A DNA stretch of 62,297 nucleotides from Candidatus Pristimantibacillus sp. (GCA_035491975.1 DATJJV010000046.1:1-62297), one strand, 5' to 3'; shown: positions 38,025 through 48,468, numbered from the stretch's first letter. Notes: generated by a model not told the origin, from the letters alone. Translations and numbers: made by a program.

Positions 38025-38645
38025 TTAAGCGTTCTGGACGTTGCGGCGGTCTTCCAGGAATTTCTCGTGCGCTTCCAGAATGTAGCGGGCGTAGACGTTG
38101 GGTTGCGGGCAATATACGAACTGGAACTTAGAGCGCTCGCCGGCAGTCTCAACTTTGAGTGTACCGAAGTTAAGCATCTCCGGGATGATGCCGGCCTGGT
38201 CGACGGTGACATCTTCGAGGTTGTCCATCGATAGCTGACTGACCTGACGGTTAAATAAGCCGCGCTGCGAGATTTGTGTAATGCTGTCGGTCGTAATAAT
38301 CCACTCGTTTTGCCAGTAAATGGCGGTTGCGAGGCCCAACACAACCGTTAGAATGACTGCGATAGCGATAAGCGCCGCGTCGCTAAGCGGCTTTACGTTT
38401 TCAAGGTTGTACTGGTCGGCAAAGTTCGGAACAATCACGAAAGCCAAAACCGCGGCCACGATGATGCCGATCAACCCGCCAATATACAAAGTAACAATGC
38501 CGAATGGATGGCGCTTGATGGTAGCGACGACTTCTTCGCCGCGCTGCAAAACAACCATCGGATGCAATCTGGTATCGTCAATTTTGCCGCTGCGGCTGGC
38601 AACCGGTTGGTCGGGCTGCGGCGGAGTCTGTGTAGCTGGTTCCAT
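38025..38645 (-). CDS. Bacterial PH-domain (bPH_2-like) membrane protein
   Basis: Two TMs then IITTD...QRGLF...EDVTV...FGTLKVETAG. Confidence 0.8.
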   Translation of the reverse strand: MEPATQTPPQPDQPVASRSGKIDDTRLHPMVVLQRGEEVVATIKRHPFGIVTLYIGGLIGIIVAAVLAFVIVPNFADQYNLENVKPLSDAALIAIAVILTVVLGLATAIYWQNEWIITTDSITQISQRGLFNRQVSQLSMDNLEDVTVDQAGIIPEMLNFGTLKVETAGERSKFQFVYCPQPNVYARYILEAHEKFLEDRRNVQNA

Positions 38646-38690
38646 AGGCCTATATTATAACAGCAGTTAGCCCGATTCACTCCAGGGATA

Positions 38691-39722
38691 CTAGACGAGG
38701 CTGGTCTGGTCAGTTTTGTCTGCCTGGCGGCCGAGGTGTTCGTAGGCTTTCCTGGTCACCTTGCGTCCGCGCGGTGTGCGCTCCAGCAGGCCAATCTGCA
38801 TGAGGTAGGGCTCGTAGAAGTCCTCGATAGTGCTGCGCTCTTCGGCGGTCAGCGCCGCCAGCGTCTCCACGCCAACCGGCCCGCCCTGATAACTATCAAT
38901 AATTGCCAAAAGCAACATCCGATCAGCCGGGTCGAGCCCGAGTTCGTCTACTTCGAGCAACTGCAACGCTTTGTGGCTGATCACCGTGTCGATGATACCA
39001 TCGCCGTTCACATCGGCGTAGTCGCGAACGCGTTTAAGCAGACGGTTGGCGATGCGCGGTGTGAGGCGCGCTCGCTTGGATAATTCGTCGGCGGCATCGG
39101 CAGCGATTTTTACTTTCAGAATGCCGGCGGCGCGTTCGATAATCTGGCGGATCTCGTCCGGCTTATAAAATTCCAGGCGATGGATCATGCCAAAGCGGTC
39201 GCGAAGCGGCGCGGCCAGGTTGCCGGTGCGGGTAGTGGCGCCAATCAGTGTAAACTTGGGCAGATCAAGCCGTAAGCTGCGGGCGCTCGGACCTTTGCCC
39301 AACATAATATCGAGCTTGAAATCTTCCATAGCCGAGTACAGCACTTCTTCGACTGTGCGGTGTAGGCGGTGGATCTCGTCGATAAACAAAATGTCGCCGT
39401 CTTGCAAGTTGGTCAGCAGGCTAGCCAGGTCGCCGGCGCGTTCGATTGCCGGGCCGGATGTGATCCGGATCTGAGCGCCCATTTCGTTGGCGACGACACT
39501 GGCGAGCGTGGTCTTGCCCAAGCCGGGCGGGCCGTACAGCAAAATGTGGTCGATCGGCTCGCCGCGTTTTTTAGCGGCATCGATGGCCAACTTTAGATTC
39601 TGCTTAATCCGCTCCTGGCCGATGTAGTTGGCAAAATCATGCGGGCGCAGCGTGTTTTCCAGCTCTTGTTCCTGCTGGTCATCATCACTTGCACCGGTAC
39701 TCACAATCCGCTCGACAGCCAT
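38691..39722 (-). CDS. ruvB: Holliday junction DNA helicase RuvB
   Basis: [31 protein letters not shown]. Confidence 0.98.
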   Translation of the reverse strand: MAVERIVSTGASDDDQQEQELENTLRPHDFANYIGQERIKQNLKLAIDAAKKRGEPIDHILLYGPPGLGKTTLASVVANEMGAQIRITSGPAIERAGDLASLLTNLQDGDILFIDEIHRLHRTVEEVLYSAMEDFKLDIMLGKGPSARSLRLDLPKFTLIGATTRTGNLAAPLRDRFGMIHRLEFYKPDEIRQIIERAAGILKVKIAADAADELSKRARLTPRIANRLLKRVRDYADVNGDGIIDTVISHKALQLLEVDELGLDPADRMLLLAIIDSYQGGPVGVETLAALTAEERSTIEDFYEPYLMQIGLLERTPRGRKVTRKAYEHLGRQADKTDQTSLV

Positions 39723-40306
39723 TAGTGTCTCACCTTCAGAGCTTGCTTAATGCGGTCCTCGGTGGGCAGGTCTTTGGCAACCGAAGCCAGGGCTGCGGAC
39801 GCATCGGCGGCCGTGTAGCCCAGCGACACCAACGCCTCGACCGCTTCATCCTGCAGGAGGTTGGCATCGGACTGCAACATGCCGGTCATGCTCAAATCAA
39901 CACCCTCTAGGCCGACTTTGTCCTTCAGTTCAACCACGATCCGCTCGGCAACTCGCTTGCCGACGCCGCTGGCCTGTTGGATGGATTTTACGTCGCCGCT
40001 GGCAATGGCCGCCCGCACGCTGGCACTATTACCAGTATTCAAGACGCTCACCGCAACTTTAGGACCCACACCAGTCACGCCCAACAGGAGTTCAAATAAC
40101 TGTTTAGTATCTAAGCTCAAAAAGCCGAACAGATCGTGAGAGTTTTCGCGAATATGCTCATGGACATACAGTTTGGCGGAGTCGCCGCTGGCCAGCCGGC
40201 CGTAGTCTTCGGCGGTAACTAACAGGCCGTAGCCCACGCCGTTAATATCGAGCACAATCTCTTCCAGCGTCTTTTCGGCTACTACCCCCGTCAGCGTCGC
40301 AATCAT
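39722..40306 (-). CDS. ruvA: Holliday junction branch migration protein RuvA
   Basis: [36 protein letters not shown]. Confidence 0.97.
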   Translation of the reverse strand: MIATLTGVVAEKTLEEIVLDINGVGYGLLVTAEDYGRLASGDSAKLYVHEHIRENSHDLFGFLSLDTKQLFELLLGVTGVGPKVAVSVLNTGNSASVRAAIASGDVKSIQQASGVGKRVAERIVVELKDKVGLEGVDLSMTGMLQSDANLLQDEAVEALVSLGYTAADASAALASVAKDLPTEDRIKQALKVRH

Positions 40307-40329
40307 CCCACTATTATGTCACAAGTTCG

Positions 40330-40914
40330 CTACAGCGTGCGCTGTGGTACTCGCAACATATAGAACGCACTGACGGCGCAGAGTGCGGCCATGGTCAAAA
40401 ACAAAGTGTTAAAACTGAAGTAAGACACAACCAAACCGCCGAAGAGCGCACCCAGGCCGCCAACGAAATACGACATCCCTTCCCAGGCGCCCCATTCCTC
40501 GGCTTCCCGCTTCTTGTCTAGATGCACCGAGTAGAGCGCGTCAAAGGCCGGCTCGGCAAAAGCCCGTACCAAACCGATCATCAGCTGGACAATCGCCAAA
40601 TACCACACACTGTTCACAGTGGTAAACAGCAAGAAACCCAAACCAGTAATGGCGTAGCCCAGCACCACAAGTGACTTTTTATCGCGCAGACTGTCGGCGT
40701 AGCGGCCGGCAATCAGCGAAGCAATCGCTGAACCGAAAGCCAGGGCCGAAGCTGTAATGCCGGCGTCCAAAAGGTCGCCGCCGACACCCTGCACAAATAC
40801 GGCGTAGATCGGCGTCAGCATCGCCGAGGCGGTCAACACCAACGCATCACCGATAAGCAAGGCCTTTAGTGCCCGATTCTTATAAAACCGAAAAGCCGCG
40901 TAGCGCCCCAACAT
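40330..40914 (-). CDS. Half-size (6-TM) MFS-like transporter
   Basis: About six TM helices; motif-A-like AGRYADSLRDKK. Confidence 0.75.
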   Translation of the reverse strand: MLGRYAAFRFYKNRALKALLIGDALVLTASAMLTPIYAVFVQGVGGDLLDAGITASALAFGSAIASLIAGRYADSLRDKKSLVVLGYAITGLGFLLFTTVNSVWYLAIVQLMIGLVRAFAEPAFDALYSVHLDKKREAEEWGAWEGMSYFVGGLGALFGGLVVSYFSFNTLFLTMAALCAVSAFYMLRVPQRTL

Positions 40915-40942
40915 ATCCTAACCACATTATGGCATACTCGCT

Positions 40943-41413
40943 TCAGCTCAGGTAACTGGAATGCGTCAGGGCCGCGGCCAGCGCGTCGGCGGCATCATCG
41001 GGCTTGGGCACTTCCTTCAGTTTGAGCAACACACGGACCATCTCCTGGATCTGTTTCTTATCGGCCCGGCCGTAGCCAGTTACTGCCATTTTGATCTGCA
41101 GCGGGGTGTACTCAAAAATTTCCAGTCCGGCCAGCCGGGCGCACAACAATACCACGCCGCGGGCCTGCGCCACGGTTATTCCGGTGGTAATATTGCGCAC
41201 GAAAAACAGCTTCTCTACAGACATGATCTGCGGCTTGGTCTGAACGATAATATCGGTCAGCTCCTGAAAAATCGTCTCCAGCCGGACAGCATCATCTTCT
41301 TTTACCGGCGTACGGATAACCCCGGCGTCGACCAGCTCGATCTTGCGTCCGTTGGCCTCCACGACACCGAATCCCAAAATGCCGGTGCCCGGGTCAATCC
41401 CAATAATTCTCAT
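40943..41413 (-). CDS. ruvC: Crossover junction endodeoxyribonuclease RuvC
   Basis: IGIDPG, VEKLFF, EYTP, PDDAADALA. Confidence 0.97.
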   Translation of the reverse strand: MRIIGIDPGTGILGFGVVEANGRKIELVDAGVIRTPVKEDDAVRLETIFQELTDIIVQTKPQIMSVEKLFFVRNITTGITVAQARGVVLLCARLAGLEIFEYTPLQIKMAVTGYGRADKKQIQEMVRVLLKLKEVPKPDDAADALAAALTHSSYLS

Positions 41414-41433
41414 GCCCTCAGTATAGCCTACCG

Positions 41434-42090
41434 CTAAGGGGCTGGCCGCAAATCCTGGGCTTTGGGGATGAACGTGTAGCGGCGAGGGAACATTTGCACA
41501 GTGCCGGTATCGGCGGAACCGGTAGCCAGCAAAAGCGCGCGTCCGCCAACCTGGGCCGCATAGTCGGCGAAGGCTTCGGTGGTGAGCGGGCCTTCCGGCT
41601 GGATGGCCGCAGCTTCGGCCGCCGCTACTGCCAGGTCATTGTAGCCAATCCGGTCGGACGAGGAGCGGAACACATGATTCTTGGGATCCCACAAGGGGCT
41701 GCCGTCTAACACCTTGCGCAGGCTATCGACGCACGCGATGGCGATTTCTTCAGGCTCCCGCAACGCAGCGTGGTCGAAATCGGTAAGCCGGAAGCCCCAA
41801 TAAGACGCCGCCGATTTTGCGCGCATCGGATGTCGATACGAGACGCCATAGATCGAAAAAGCATTCGGCGCCTCCGGAGCGTGGCGCGAAACCATCTCCA
41901 TCCGCACCGGCTTGATCGCGCGGTGCCTGGGGCCAACCAGACTTCCGGTGACCAGCTTATCGGCCACCGCCTGGCCTGCGGCATGCGCCAGGTCGGCATA
42001 TTTCGGCCGGTGGGCGCGATAATACGCTTCTTCAGCGATCCTGACCGGTAAGTATTGCTCCGGCTTTGTTGGTCTGCCCGCCATCGCCAA
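41434..42090 (-). CDS. Hypothetical protein
   Basis: 218-aa ORF between yebC and ruvC with AAGGAG SD. Confidence 0.55.
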   Translation of the reverse strand: MAMAGRPTKPEQYLPVRIAEEAYYRAHRPKYADLAHAAGQAVADKLVTGSLVGPRHRAIKPVRMEMVSRHAPEAPNAFSIYGVSYRHPMRAKSAASYWGFRLTDFDHAALREPEEIAIACVDSLRKVLDGSPLWDPKNHVFRSSSDRIGYNDLAVAAAEAAAIQPEGPLTTEAFADYAAQVGGRALLLATGSADTGTVQMFPRRYTFIPKAQDLRPAP

Positions 42091-42146
42091 GCTCCTTACT
42101 ATCTATCCAGCTTGACGCAAGACAGGCTAAGAGGCAGTGACGATTA

Positions 42147-42875
42147 TCACGCGCTCAGAAATTCTTCGGGGATATCGAAGTTAACGTGGGTAGCGGTAAC
42201 TTCCTCGACATCTTCGAGCGCATCCATCAGGCGCAGGATTTTACCGGCGGTCTCTTTGTCGGCGACGGGCACGGTGGTGTTAGGTACATACGTAAGTTCG
42301 GCTTCGAGAATCGCAACGCCGGCTTCGCGCAGGGCGTCGCGGACTTTAGCGAGTTCGGTCGGCTCAGTATAAATCACTGATTCGTCGCCTTCTTCCTGCA
42401 GGTCTTCGGCGCCAGCATCCAAAGCTTGCATCAACAGCTCGTCGCCGCTGCCCTTCGCTCGGATCATGCCTTTACGGTCAAACTGAAAAGCCACAGCACC
42501 CTTTTCGGCCACGTTGCCGCCGTGTTTGGAGAAGGCCAACTTAACTTCCGGGTAGGTGCGGTTGAGATTGTCGGTAGCGACTTCCGCCAGAATGGCGACG
42601 CCGCCGGGGCCGTAGCCCTCGTACATCACTTCTTGCAGCTGGGCGGCATTTTTGTCAGCCACGCGCTGGACGGCGCGCTCGATGTTGGCCGTCGGCATGT
42701 TGGCTGCTCGGGCCTTGTCCATGGCCAGGCGCAGAGCGAAGTTGGTGTTCGGATCGGTGCCGCTGCGCGCAGCAATGGCAATGGCATTACCCAATTTGGT
42801 GAACACCGCGCCGCGGGCTGCGTCTTTCGCGCCCTTTTCACGTTTGATGGTTGACCATTTTGAGTGCCCGGACAT
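42147..42875 (-). CDS. yebC: YebC/PmpR family protein
   Basis: MSGHSKWSTIK, YEGYGPGG, TDNLNRT. Confidence 0.96.
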   Translation of the reverse strand: MSGHSKWSTIKREKGAKDAARGAVFTKLGNAIAIAARSGTDPNTNFALRLAMDKARAANMPTANIERAVQRVADKNAAQLQEVMYEGYGPGGVAILAEVATDNLNRTYPEVKLAFSKHGGNVAEKGAVAFQFDRKGMIRAKGSGDELLMQALDAGAEDLQEEGDESVIYTEPTELAKVRDALREAGVAILEAELTYVPNTTVPVADKETAGKILRLMDALEDVEEVTATHVNFDIPEEFLSA

Positions 42876-44340
42876 CCTGCTTATCTCCTTCTTTCTTCTC
42901 TGTTATTATAGCAGTTTTTCTAGTTTTGCTCCAGAGCACCAGACAAACGAAACCGACCGTGGCGTACGAGGCCGCCATTGAGACCGCTGAAAAGCCGATA
43001 TTCGCCACGAACGCATGCGGAATCCGGCTTAAAAGGCTGGCCGCATCGAGCATGTAAGTCATCAGCCACTTTGCCGGCCAGGCAATCCAGCCGGCCACTG
43101 CCGGAATGAGCATGCCGCCGAGGCCCGCCGTTACGCTCAGCAGCATCGCCAACGGAATAAACGGAATCACCAGCAAATTCGCCGGTAGGCTAACTAACGA
43201 AACCTGGCCAAAAATAAATAAAATGTATGGCAGCACCATGATGCTGGCGCAGGCGCTTTCTATCAGAACACCAACCAGCACTGGCGGCTCTTTCTCGCCA
43301 ATAAACCTCTTCGTCAGCAGCGGCCCCAGCACCAGCACGCCGTAAAAAGCCAGAAACGACAGGTACCAGCTAACATTCCCCCATAAATAGAACGGGTTAG
43401 CCAACACGCTCACCGCCGCTGCCAGCAGCAATAGCACTAACGGCTTAATTGCGTGCCCGTAGTACCATGCTCCAATACTTAACAAGCTAATGATTGCCGC
43501 GCGGGCAATCGGCGGACTCGAGCCGGTGATGAGCATAAACAAACCGATCAGTGCCAGACAGGCAAAAGTAGCCTGAAATTTCGAACGCTTGGCTAGCAGC
43601 CGGCGGCAAGCCACCACAATAATGGTCAGGTTATACCCCGAAACGGCAATGATATGCGTCAGCCCCGCATGCTTGAGGTTGTCTGCGGTACTGTCCGGCA
43701 AGGTGTTGCGCTGGCCGATCAACAGCCCAAGGCCGAACGAAGCTACCGGCTCTGGCAGTGCCGATTGCATACCGGCCGCAAACCGGCGCCGCAACTGGTT
43801 GATCCACGAGTGATCGCGTTGCAGCACGTCCAGCCGGGCAAAGCCCACACTCTCCAGATCGTTCCCGCGCGTCGGGTATAGACTACCGCTAGCCTGCACG
43901 ATGTCACCGCGATACACCGCCGCCTCGCCAAAACCACTCACCGTAATGCCGCCAACTAGTGACGCTGCTCGCGGCGAAACGACATGCACAGCATCCATCG
44001 AAAATTCCAACTGGTAGCGCTGCCCATACACCGCATCTTCGGTTGCCCGGCCCACCAACACAACTTTTTGGTGCAGCAAAGATTCGTTCACAGCCAGCCG
44101 CTGCGTATACACGCTGCCGCGCCACCAACCGATGCCGAAAAACAGCAGCCCAAGCATGACTAAAGCCACCAGACCATGCCGCCGCAGACTAAGCGCCGCC
44201 AGCGGCACCAGCAGCCACAACCAACGGCCGTCGGCAAACAAAGTCCGGCGCGCCACCAATAATCCGGCGGCCGCCGCCAAACAGCAGGCTACAACCAGCA
44301 CCCAGCGTTTAACGCGGTAATTGGCCAACTTCTTAAACAC
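42838..44340 (-). CDS. comEC: ComEC/Rec2 competence channel (OB and core domains, no metallo-beta-lactamase domain)
   Basis: GLTHIIAVSGYN, SPPIARA, SWYLSF, PANLL. Confidence 0.9.
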   Translation of the reverse strand: MFKKLANYRVKRWVLVVACCLAAAAGLLVARRTLFADGRWLWLLVPLAALSLRRHGLVALVMLGLLFFGIGWWRGSVYTQRLAVNESLLHQKVVLVGRATEDAVYGQRYQLEFSMDAVHVVSPRAASLVGGITVSGFGEAAVYRGDIVQASGSLYPTRGNDLESVGFARLDVLQRDHSWINQLRRRFAAGMQSALPEPVASFGLGLLIGQRNTLPDSTADNLKHAGLTHIIAVSGYNLTIIVVACRRLLAKRSKFQATFACLALIGLFMLITGSSPPIARAAIISLLSIGAWYYGHAIKPLVLLLLAAAVSVLANPFYLWGNVSWYLSFLAFYGVLVLGPLLTKRFIGEKEPPVLVGVLIESACASIMVLPYILFIFGQVSLVSLPANLLVIPFIPLAMLLSVTAGLGGMLIPAVAGWIAWPAKWLMTYMLDAASLLSRIPHAFVANIGFSAVSMAASYATVGFVCLVLWSKTRKTAIITEKKEGDKQDVRALKMVNHQT

Positions 44341-44385
44341 GCCGCCATTGTAGCAACGGCGTATGAAATAGATCTTAAAACGAGA

Positions 44386-45813
44386 TTAGAACTGGTTCCA
44401 GAGATACTGGTTGGTCACTTCGTGGTGGTACACTACCTCACCGTCTTTGACGCGGGTGCCGAGCTCACGCGGGCTGCGGCTGGAGACAGCTTGTTTGTGC
44501 TCAAGGTATTTGTCTTTGCTGGACATACCAAACAGCTTAGTCGTGTAATCACTGGCTTTGAAAATACGGATAGCATCCTGAAGCGTAGCCGGAAGGAAGC
44601 GCAAACGTGGCCGCTTGTCGTTTTCGGGCGCCGGCTTTTTGTCTTCGAGTCCGGTTTTAAGGATAGCGAACAGCGCTAGGTACGGATTGGTGTCCGGGGC
44701 GACAGAGCGGATTTCGATCCGGGCGGTACGCTCGTTACCGAACGGGATCCGGATCATCGAGCCGCGGTCGTTGGCCGAAACTTTGATTTGGTTCGGCGCT
44801 TCAAAGTTGGGGTCGAGCCGCCGGTAGGCATTCACGCTGGAGTTAAAGACCAGGCACAGATCCGGGGCGCGGTTCAGAATCTTCTCTACGAAGTCCCAGC
44901 CGGCCGCCGACAGCCCGTCTTTGCCCTTGGCGTCGTGGAAGATATTTTTGCCGTCTTTAGCTAGCGAGAAGTTAGTGTGCATACCGTTGCCGTTGATGCC
45001 TTGGATCGGCTTCGGCAGGAAGGTCGCGGTCATACCCATAGTCATCGCTACCTGGCGGCAGACTAATTTATAGAGCTGGACTTGGTCGCAGGCGCGTACG
45101 ACGTCGGTATACGAAAAGTTAATTTCAAACTGCGACGGCGCAACTTCGGGATGATCCTTTTCGTTCTTGAAGCCCATCGCCCGCTGGACTTCAGCGGTTT
45201 TATCGATGAAGCGGCGAAGTTCATCGAGCGGCAGCGAGTGGAAGTAGCCGCCGGTCGACACTAGCTCGAACCCGGATTCGTTGGTGTAGCGCTGCTCGGC
45301 GTCTACACCTTTCAGCAGGAAACCTTCCAGCTCCGGCGCCATGTAGGCGGTTAGCCCGTCTTTGGCTTTGATGTGGTCGGCGTAGCGCTGCAGCTGGCCG
45401 CGAAAATCCGAATCATACGGCTTAAAGTCTCGGCTGTGGACGTTAGCAAAGATGAGCACCTTGCCCGCACCAAAAATATCGGCCGGCAGGTAGGTAAGGC
45501 TAGTCCAGTCGACGCTGAGCCGCAGGTCGGACTCGTGCAATTCGCTTAAACCCCTGATCGATGATCCGTCAAAGGTCAGGTTATCAAGGGAGCTTAGGAA
45601 GAACTTCTTGTCATAGTCGAGCATATGAAGCCTGCCTTCAATGTCCGAAAAACAGACCGTCACTGCTTTGATGCGCTTCTCGTCGGCGAGATATTTCAGA
45701 TGCGTTTGCTCGGCTTTCTGAGGGTCGGTAAGCGCCCTAGCTTTCAGGTTTAGTTCCTCTAAATCGCTATACGACAGCTCCAAAAAACTTGCTAATGGTT
45801 CGGCGTTATCCAT
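44386..45813 (-). CDS. glnA: Glutamine synthetase (type I)
   Basis: FDGSSI, HPEVAPSQFEI, TFLPKP, NGNGMHTNFSL, NAYRRL, RIEIRS. Confidence 0.93.
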   Translation of the reverse strand: MDNAEPLASFLELSYSDLEELNLKARALTDPQKAEQTHLKYLADEKRIKAVTVCFSDIEGRLHMLDYDKKFFLSSLDNLTFDGSSIRGLSELHESDLRLSVDWTSLTYLPADIFGAGKVLIFANVHSRDFKPYDSDFRGQLQRYADHIKAKDGLTAYMAPELEGFLLKGVDAEQRYTNESGFELVSTGGYFHSLPLDELRRFIDKTAEVQRAMGFKNEKDHPEVAPSQFEINFSYTDVVRACDQVQLYKLVCRQVAMTMGMTATFLPKPIQGINGNGMHTNFSLAKDGKNIFHDAKGKDGLSAAGWDFVEKILNRAPDLCLVFNSSVNAYRRLDPNFEAPNQIKVSANDRGSMIRIPFGNERTARIEIRSVAPDTNPYLALFAILKTGLEDKKPAPENDKRPRLRFLPATLQDAIRIFKASDYTTKLFGMSSKDKYLEHKQAVSSRSPRELGTRVKDGEVVYHHEVTNQYLWNQF

Positions 45814-45823
45814 ATATTCTCCT

Positions 45824-47137
45824 TTACTCCTTAATCCCTTCAGCAGCCCGGCGGCTTAGCCCGAGCGATAACTTGGCAGCCGATTTTGACTTGGCTAACC
45901 GGGCTGGCGCGGCATCTTCGGCGAACGCATAGCCGGCTTCTTCGTGCTGGGCTAAGTCCAAACCGATATGCTCCTCCTCTTTACTGACCCGCAGGCCGAC
46001 AGCCTTATCAACCAGCTTAAACAATACCCAGCTGCCAACGAACGAGAATACCGCCGCCGCGCCGACAGCCAGTGCCTGCTTGCCCAGCAATGCCAGGCCG
46101 CCGCCGGCGAACAAGCCATTCGCTCCCGCCGGGTTAACTGCCTTCGTAGCAAAAAATCCGATAAGCAAGGCGCCGGTCAAACCGCCAACAGCGTGAATAC
46201 CCACGACGTCCAGCGCATCGTAATAGCCGGTCTTAAACTTAATGTGAACCGCAAAGGCGCAAACCAACCCGCCAAGCAGGCCGATCACCGCCGATGCCAG
46301 CGGGCTTACAAACCCGGCTGCCGGGGTAATCGCCACCAGGCCGGCGACCGCTCCGGATACCGCGCCGAGAGTAGTAACTTTACGCTGTCTGTACCAGTCA
46401 ACCGCCATCCAGCCGAACATTGCCGCGCCGGCTGCGGTGTTGGTAGTTAGAAATGCATTGGCAGCGAGCTCTCCGGCGCTCAGAGCGCTGCCGGCGTTAA
46501 ACCCAAACCATCCGAACCACAACATGCCAGCGCCCAGCATGGTCAGCGGCAAATTATGCGGCGGCATCTTTCGGCCAAAGCCATGCCGCTTGCCCATCAC
46601 CATCACTGCTGCCAAGCCGGCCACTCCGGAACTTATGTGCACCACGGTTCCGCCGGCAAAGTCTAGCGCGCCCAACTGCCGGAGCCAGCCTCCAGGCGCC
46701 CAGACCCAATGGGCCAGCGGCGCATACACCAGTACCAGCCAACACACAGCAAACAGGGCGAAGGCCGAAAACTTCATGCGTTCGGCAAAAGCGCCGGTAA
46801 TAATCGCCAGCGTTATAGCCGCAAAAAACAACTGAAATACGGCAAATGCGATGTGCGGCACTGTCGGCGCCAGATCACCATTCACGCCCGTCACCCCCGC
46901 AAAACCCAAGTACTTCAGGCTGCCGATAAACCCATGCGAATCAGCGCCGAACGCCAGGGAATACGCCAGCAGCACCCAGACCACTGACACCAAACCAAGC
47001 ACAAAGAAACTTTGCATCACGGTCGCCAGTACGTTCTTAGCCCGCACCATGCCGCCATAAAAAAGCGCCAAGCCGGGAATCATAAACATCACCATGGCCG
47101 CTGCCACCAGCACAAATGCCGTGTCCCCTGAGTTCAT
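45824..47137 (-). CDS. amtB: Ammonium transporter
   Basis: PGLALFYGG, DFAGGTVVH, LWFGWFGFNAGS, GLVAITP, GIHAVGG. Confidence 0.96.
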   Translation of the reverse strand: MNSGDTAFVLVAAAMVMFMIPGLALFYGGMVRAKNVLATVMQSFFVLGLVSVVWVLLAYSLAFGADSHGFIGSLKYLGFAGVTGVNGDLAPTVPHIAFAVFQLFFAAITLAIITGAFAERMKFSAFALFAVCWLVLVYAPLAHWVWAPGGWLRQLGALDFAGGTVVHISSGVAGLAAVMVMGKRHGFGRKMPPHNLPLTMLGAGMLWFGWFGFNAGSALSAGELAANAFLTTNTAAGAAMFGWMAVDWYRQRKVTTLGAVSGAVAGLVAITPAAGFVSPLASAVIGLLGGLVCAFAVHIKFKTGYYDALDVVGIHAVGGLTGALLIGFFATKAVNPAGANGLFAGGGLALLGKQALAVGAAAVFSFVGSWVLFKLVDKAVGLRVSKEEEHIGLDLAQHEEAGYAFAEDAAPARLAKSKSAAKLSLGLSRRAAEGIKE

Positions 47138-47274
47138 CTTATATTCCCCATTACGATTAAATCCTAGCACAGCTAGCATAAAAACATACATAATTATGAT
47201 AATTATCACAATGACTAATATAAAAGATTGTTCTACTCGGATTTGTCTATTTTGTAGACCAGCCGCAGACTGTA

Positions 47275-47685
47275 TTAGTTGTGCAGGCCCGGATCGAAAA
47301 CTCCGAGAAACCTTTCGACGGTCTCGAATAGAGGTTCCTGGCGGGCCTCGTCAACGGTGAAGAAACGCAATTCCTGGCACTCGTCAGAGGGCACGAAATC
47401 CAGATCTTTAAGCTTTACTTCATAGATCACATTGGCCACATACGCCTCTCCGCCTCGTCGCTTAGAGGTAGTGAAATATTTTGGCGACTTTGACACCTCA
47501 GTAATAACTAATCCGGTTTCCTCATGGATTTCGCGCCTCAACCCGTCAATCGGATCTTCACCGTGCTCCAGTCCGCCGCCGGGGAGCTCCCACTGGCCAT
47601 TGTCCTCTTTGGCGAGTAAAAACCGGCCAGTCTCATCGATAACCAGACCCTTGACGCTGACTCGGTAGAAACACGGTGTGTTCAT
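47275..47685 (-). CDS. NUDIX hydrolase
   Basis: WELPGGGLEHGEDPIDGLRREIHEETG. Confidence 0.9.
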   Translation of the reverse strand: MNTPCFYRVSVKGLVIDETGRFLLAKEDNGQWELPGGGLEHGEDPIDGLRREIHEETGLVITEVSKSPKYFTTSKRRGGEAYVANVIYEVKLKDLDFVPSDECQELRFFTVDEARQEPLFETVERFLGVFDPGLHN

Positions 47686-47694
47686 AGCCCTAGT

Positions 47695-48411
47695 CTAACA
47701 CCTTATTGGTCTTGAAGGTCTGGACGTTAGATATTCCGCCTCGGCCAACAGCTCATGAATGTGCTTCTTGTGCCATTTGATAGTTCCGAGATGCCCCGAA
47801 TGAGGTCTGGTAATAATCTTGATTGGGACGCCTGCGCTCCGCCAAGCTTGCAGCGTGGCAAGTGCCTGTTTATATCTGATGAGCCTATCCCGCTTGCCAA
47901 GTACCATTACAAAAGATAGATCTCGTCTTGGAGGGCTATCGGCAGAGATGTCGATCTCCTGCCACAAGCTATTGAGCCGGGCCGCACTAAAGCCTCTTTT
48001 ATTGAACTTTCGGCGCACAAAATAAAAGAGCGGTGATTTAAGAGCGTCTTTTCCCGACATGCCAGCGACTGCGTAAATACCATATTGTATAGCGGGCATG
48101 CGTCTTTGTAAGGCAAAGCACAGGCCGGAGCCAGCACTCGCCCCGATGCAGATTATTTTTTTGTAACCATCTATCCTCGCCGCGAAATCATTACAAATTC
48201 CGTCTACTAGGCTGAGTAGGTCGTGAGGATCGCCGCTCGTCATAACCGACGGGCTGTGTTCGTAGGCAACTACCGCAAAGCCCTGTTCATTGAGCGTTTG
48301 GATAACACCCTGATAGCTCTTGATCTTTCCGCCGTAACCGGCGATGACGCAAGCGACTTTTTCGGATCCCTCGACTGGAAATGACTGCGTGCGGAACAGA
48401 GGGGCATTCAT
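47695..48411 (-). CDS. Alpha/beta-hydrolase fold protein
   Basis: IAGYGG, CIGASAG nucleophile elbow, GKRD, PHSGH; visibly AT-richer. Confidence 0.7.
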   Translation of the reverse strand: MNAPLFRTQSFPVEGSEKVACVIAGYGGKIKSYQGVIQTLNEQGFAVVAYEHSPSVMTSGDPHDLLSLVDGICNDFAARIDGYKKIICIGASAGSGLCFALQRRMPAIQYGIYAVAGMSGKDALKSPLFYFVRRKFNKRGFSAARLNSLWQEIDISADSPPRRDLSFVMVLGKRDRLIRYKQALATLQAWRSAGVPIKIITRPHSGHLGTIKWHKKHIHELLAEAEYLTSRPSRPIRC

Positions 48412-48430
48412 TAGGTAAATTGTATAACAA

Positions 48431-48454
48431 AAGCACCTCTGCCGAGAGGTGCTT
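48431..48454 (-). terminator. Terminator hairpin beyond the tRNA-Lys element
   Basis: AAGCACCTCT...AGAGGTGCTT with a T-tract on the minus strand. Confidence 0.7.
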
Positions 48455-48468
48455 CCTGCTGTTTACGC

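Noticed and set aside
47189-47208. Fur-box-like palindrome upstream of amtB
   Set aside because: Low-complexity AT-rich sequence with only a partial match, and no GlnR/TnrA box; not called as a feature.
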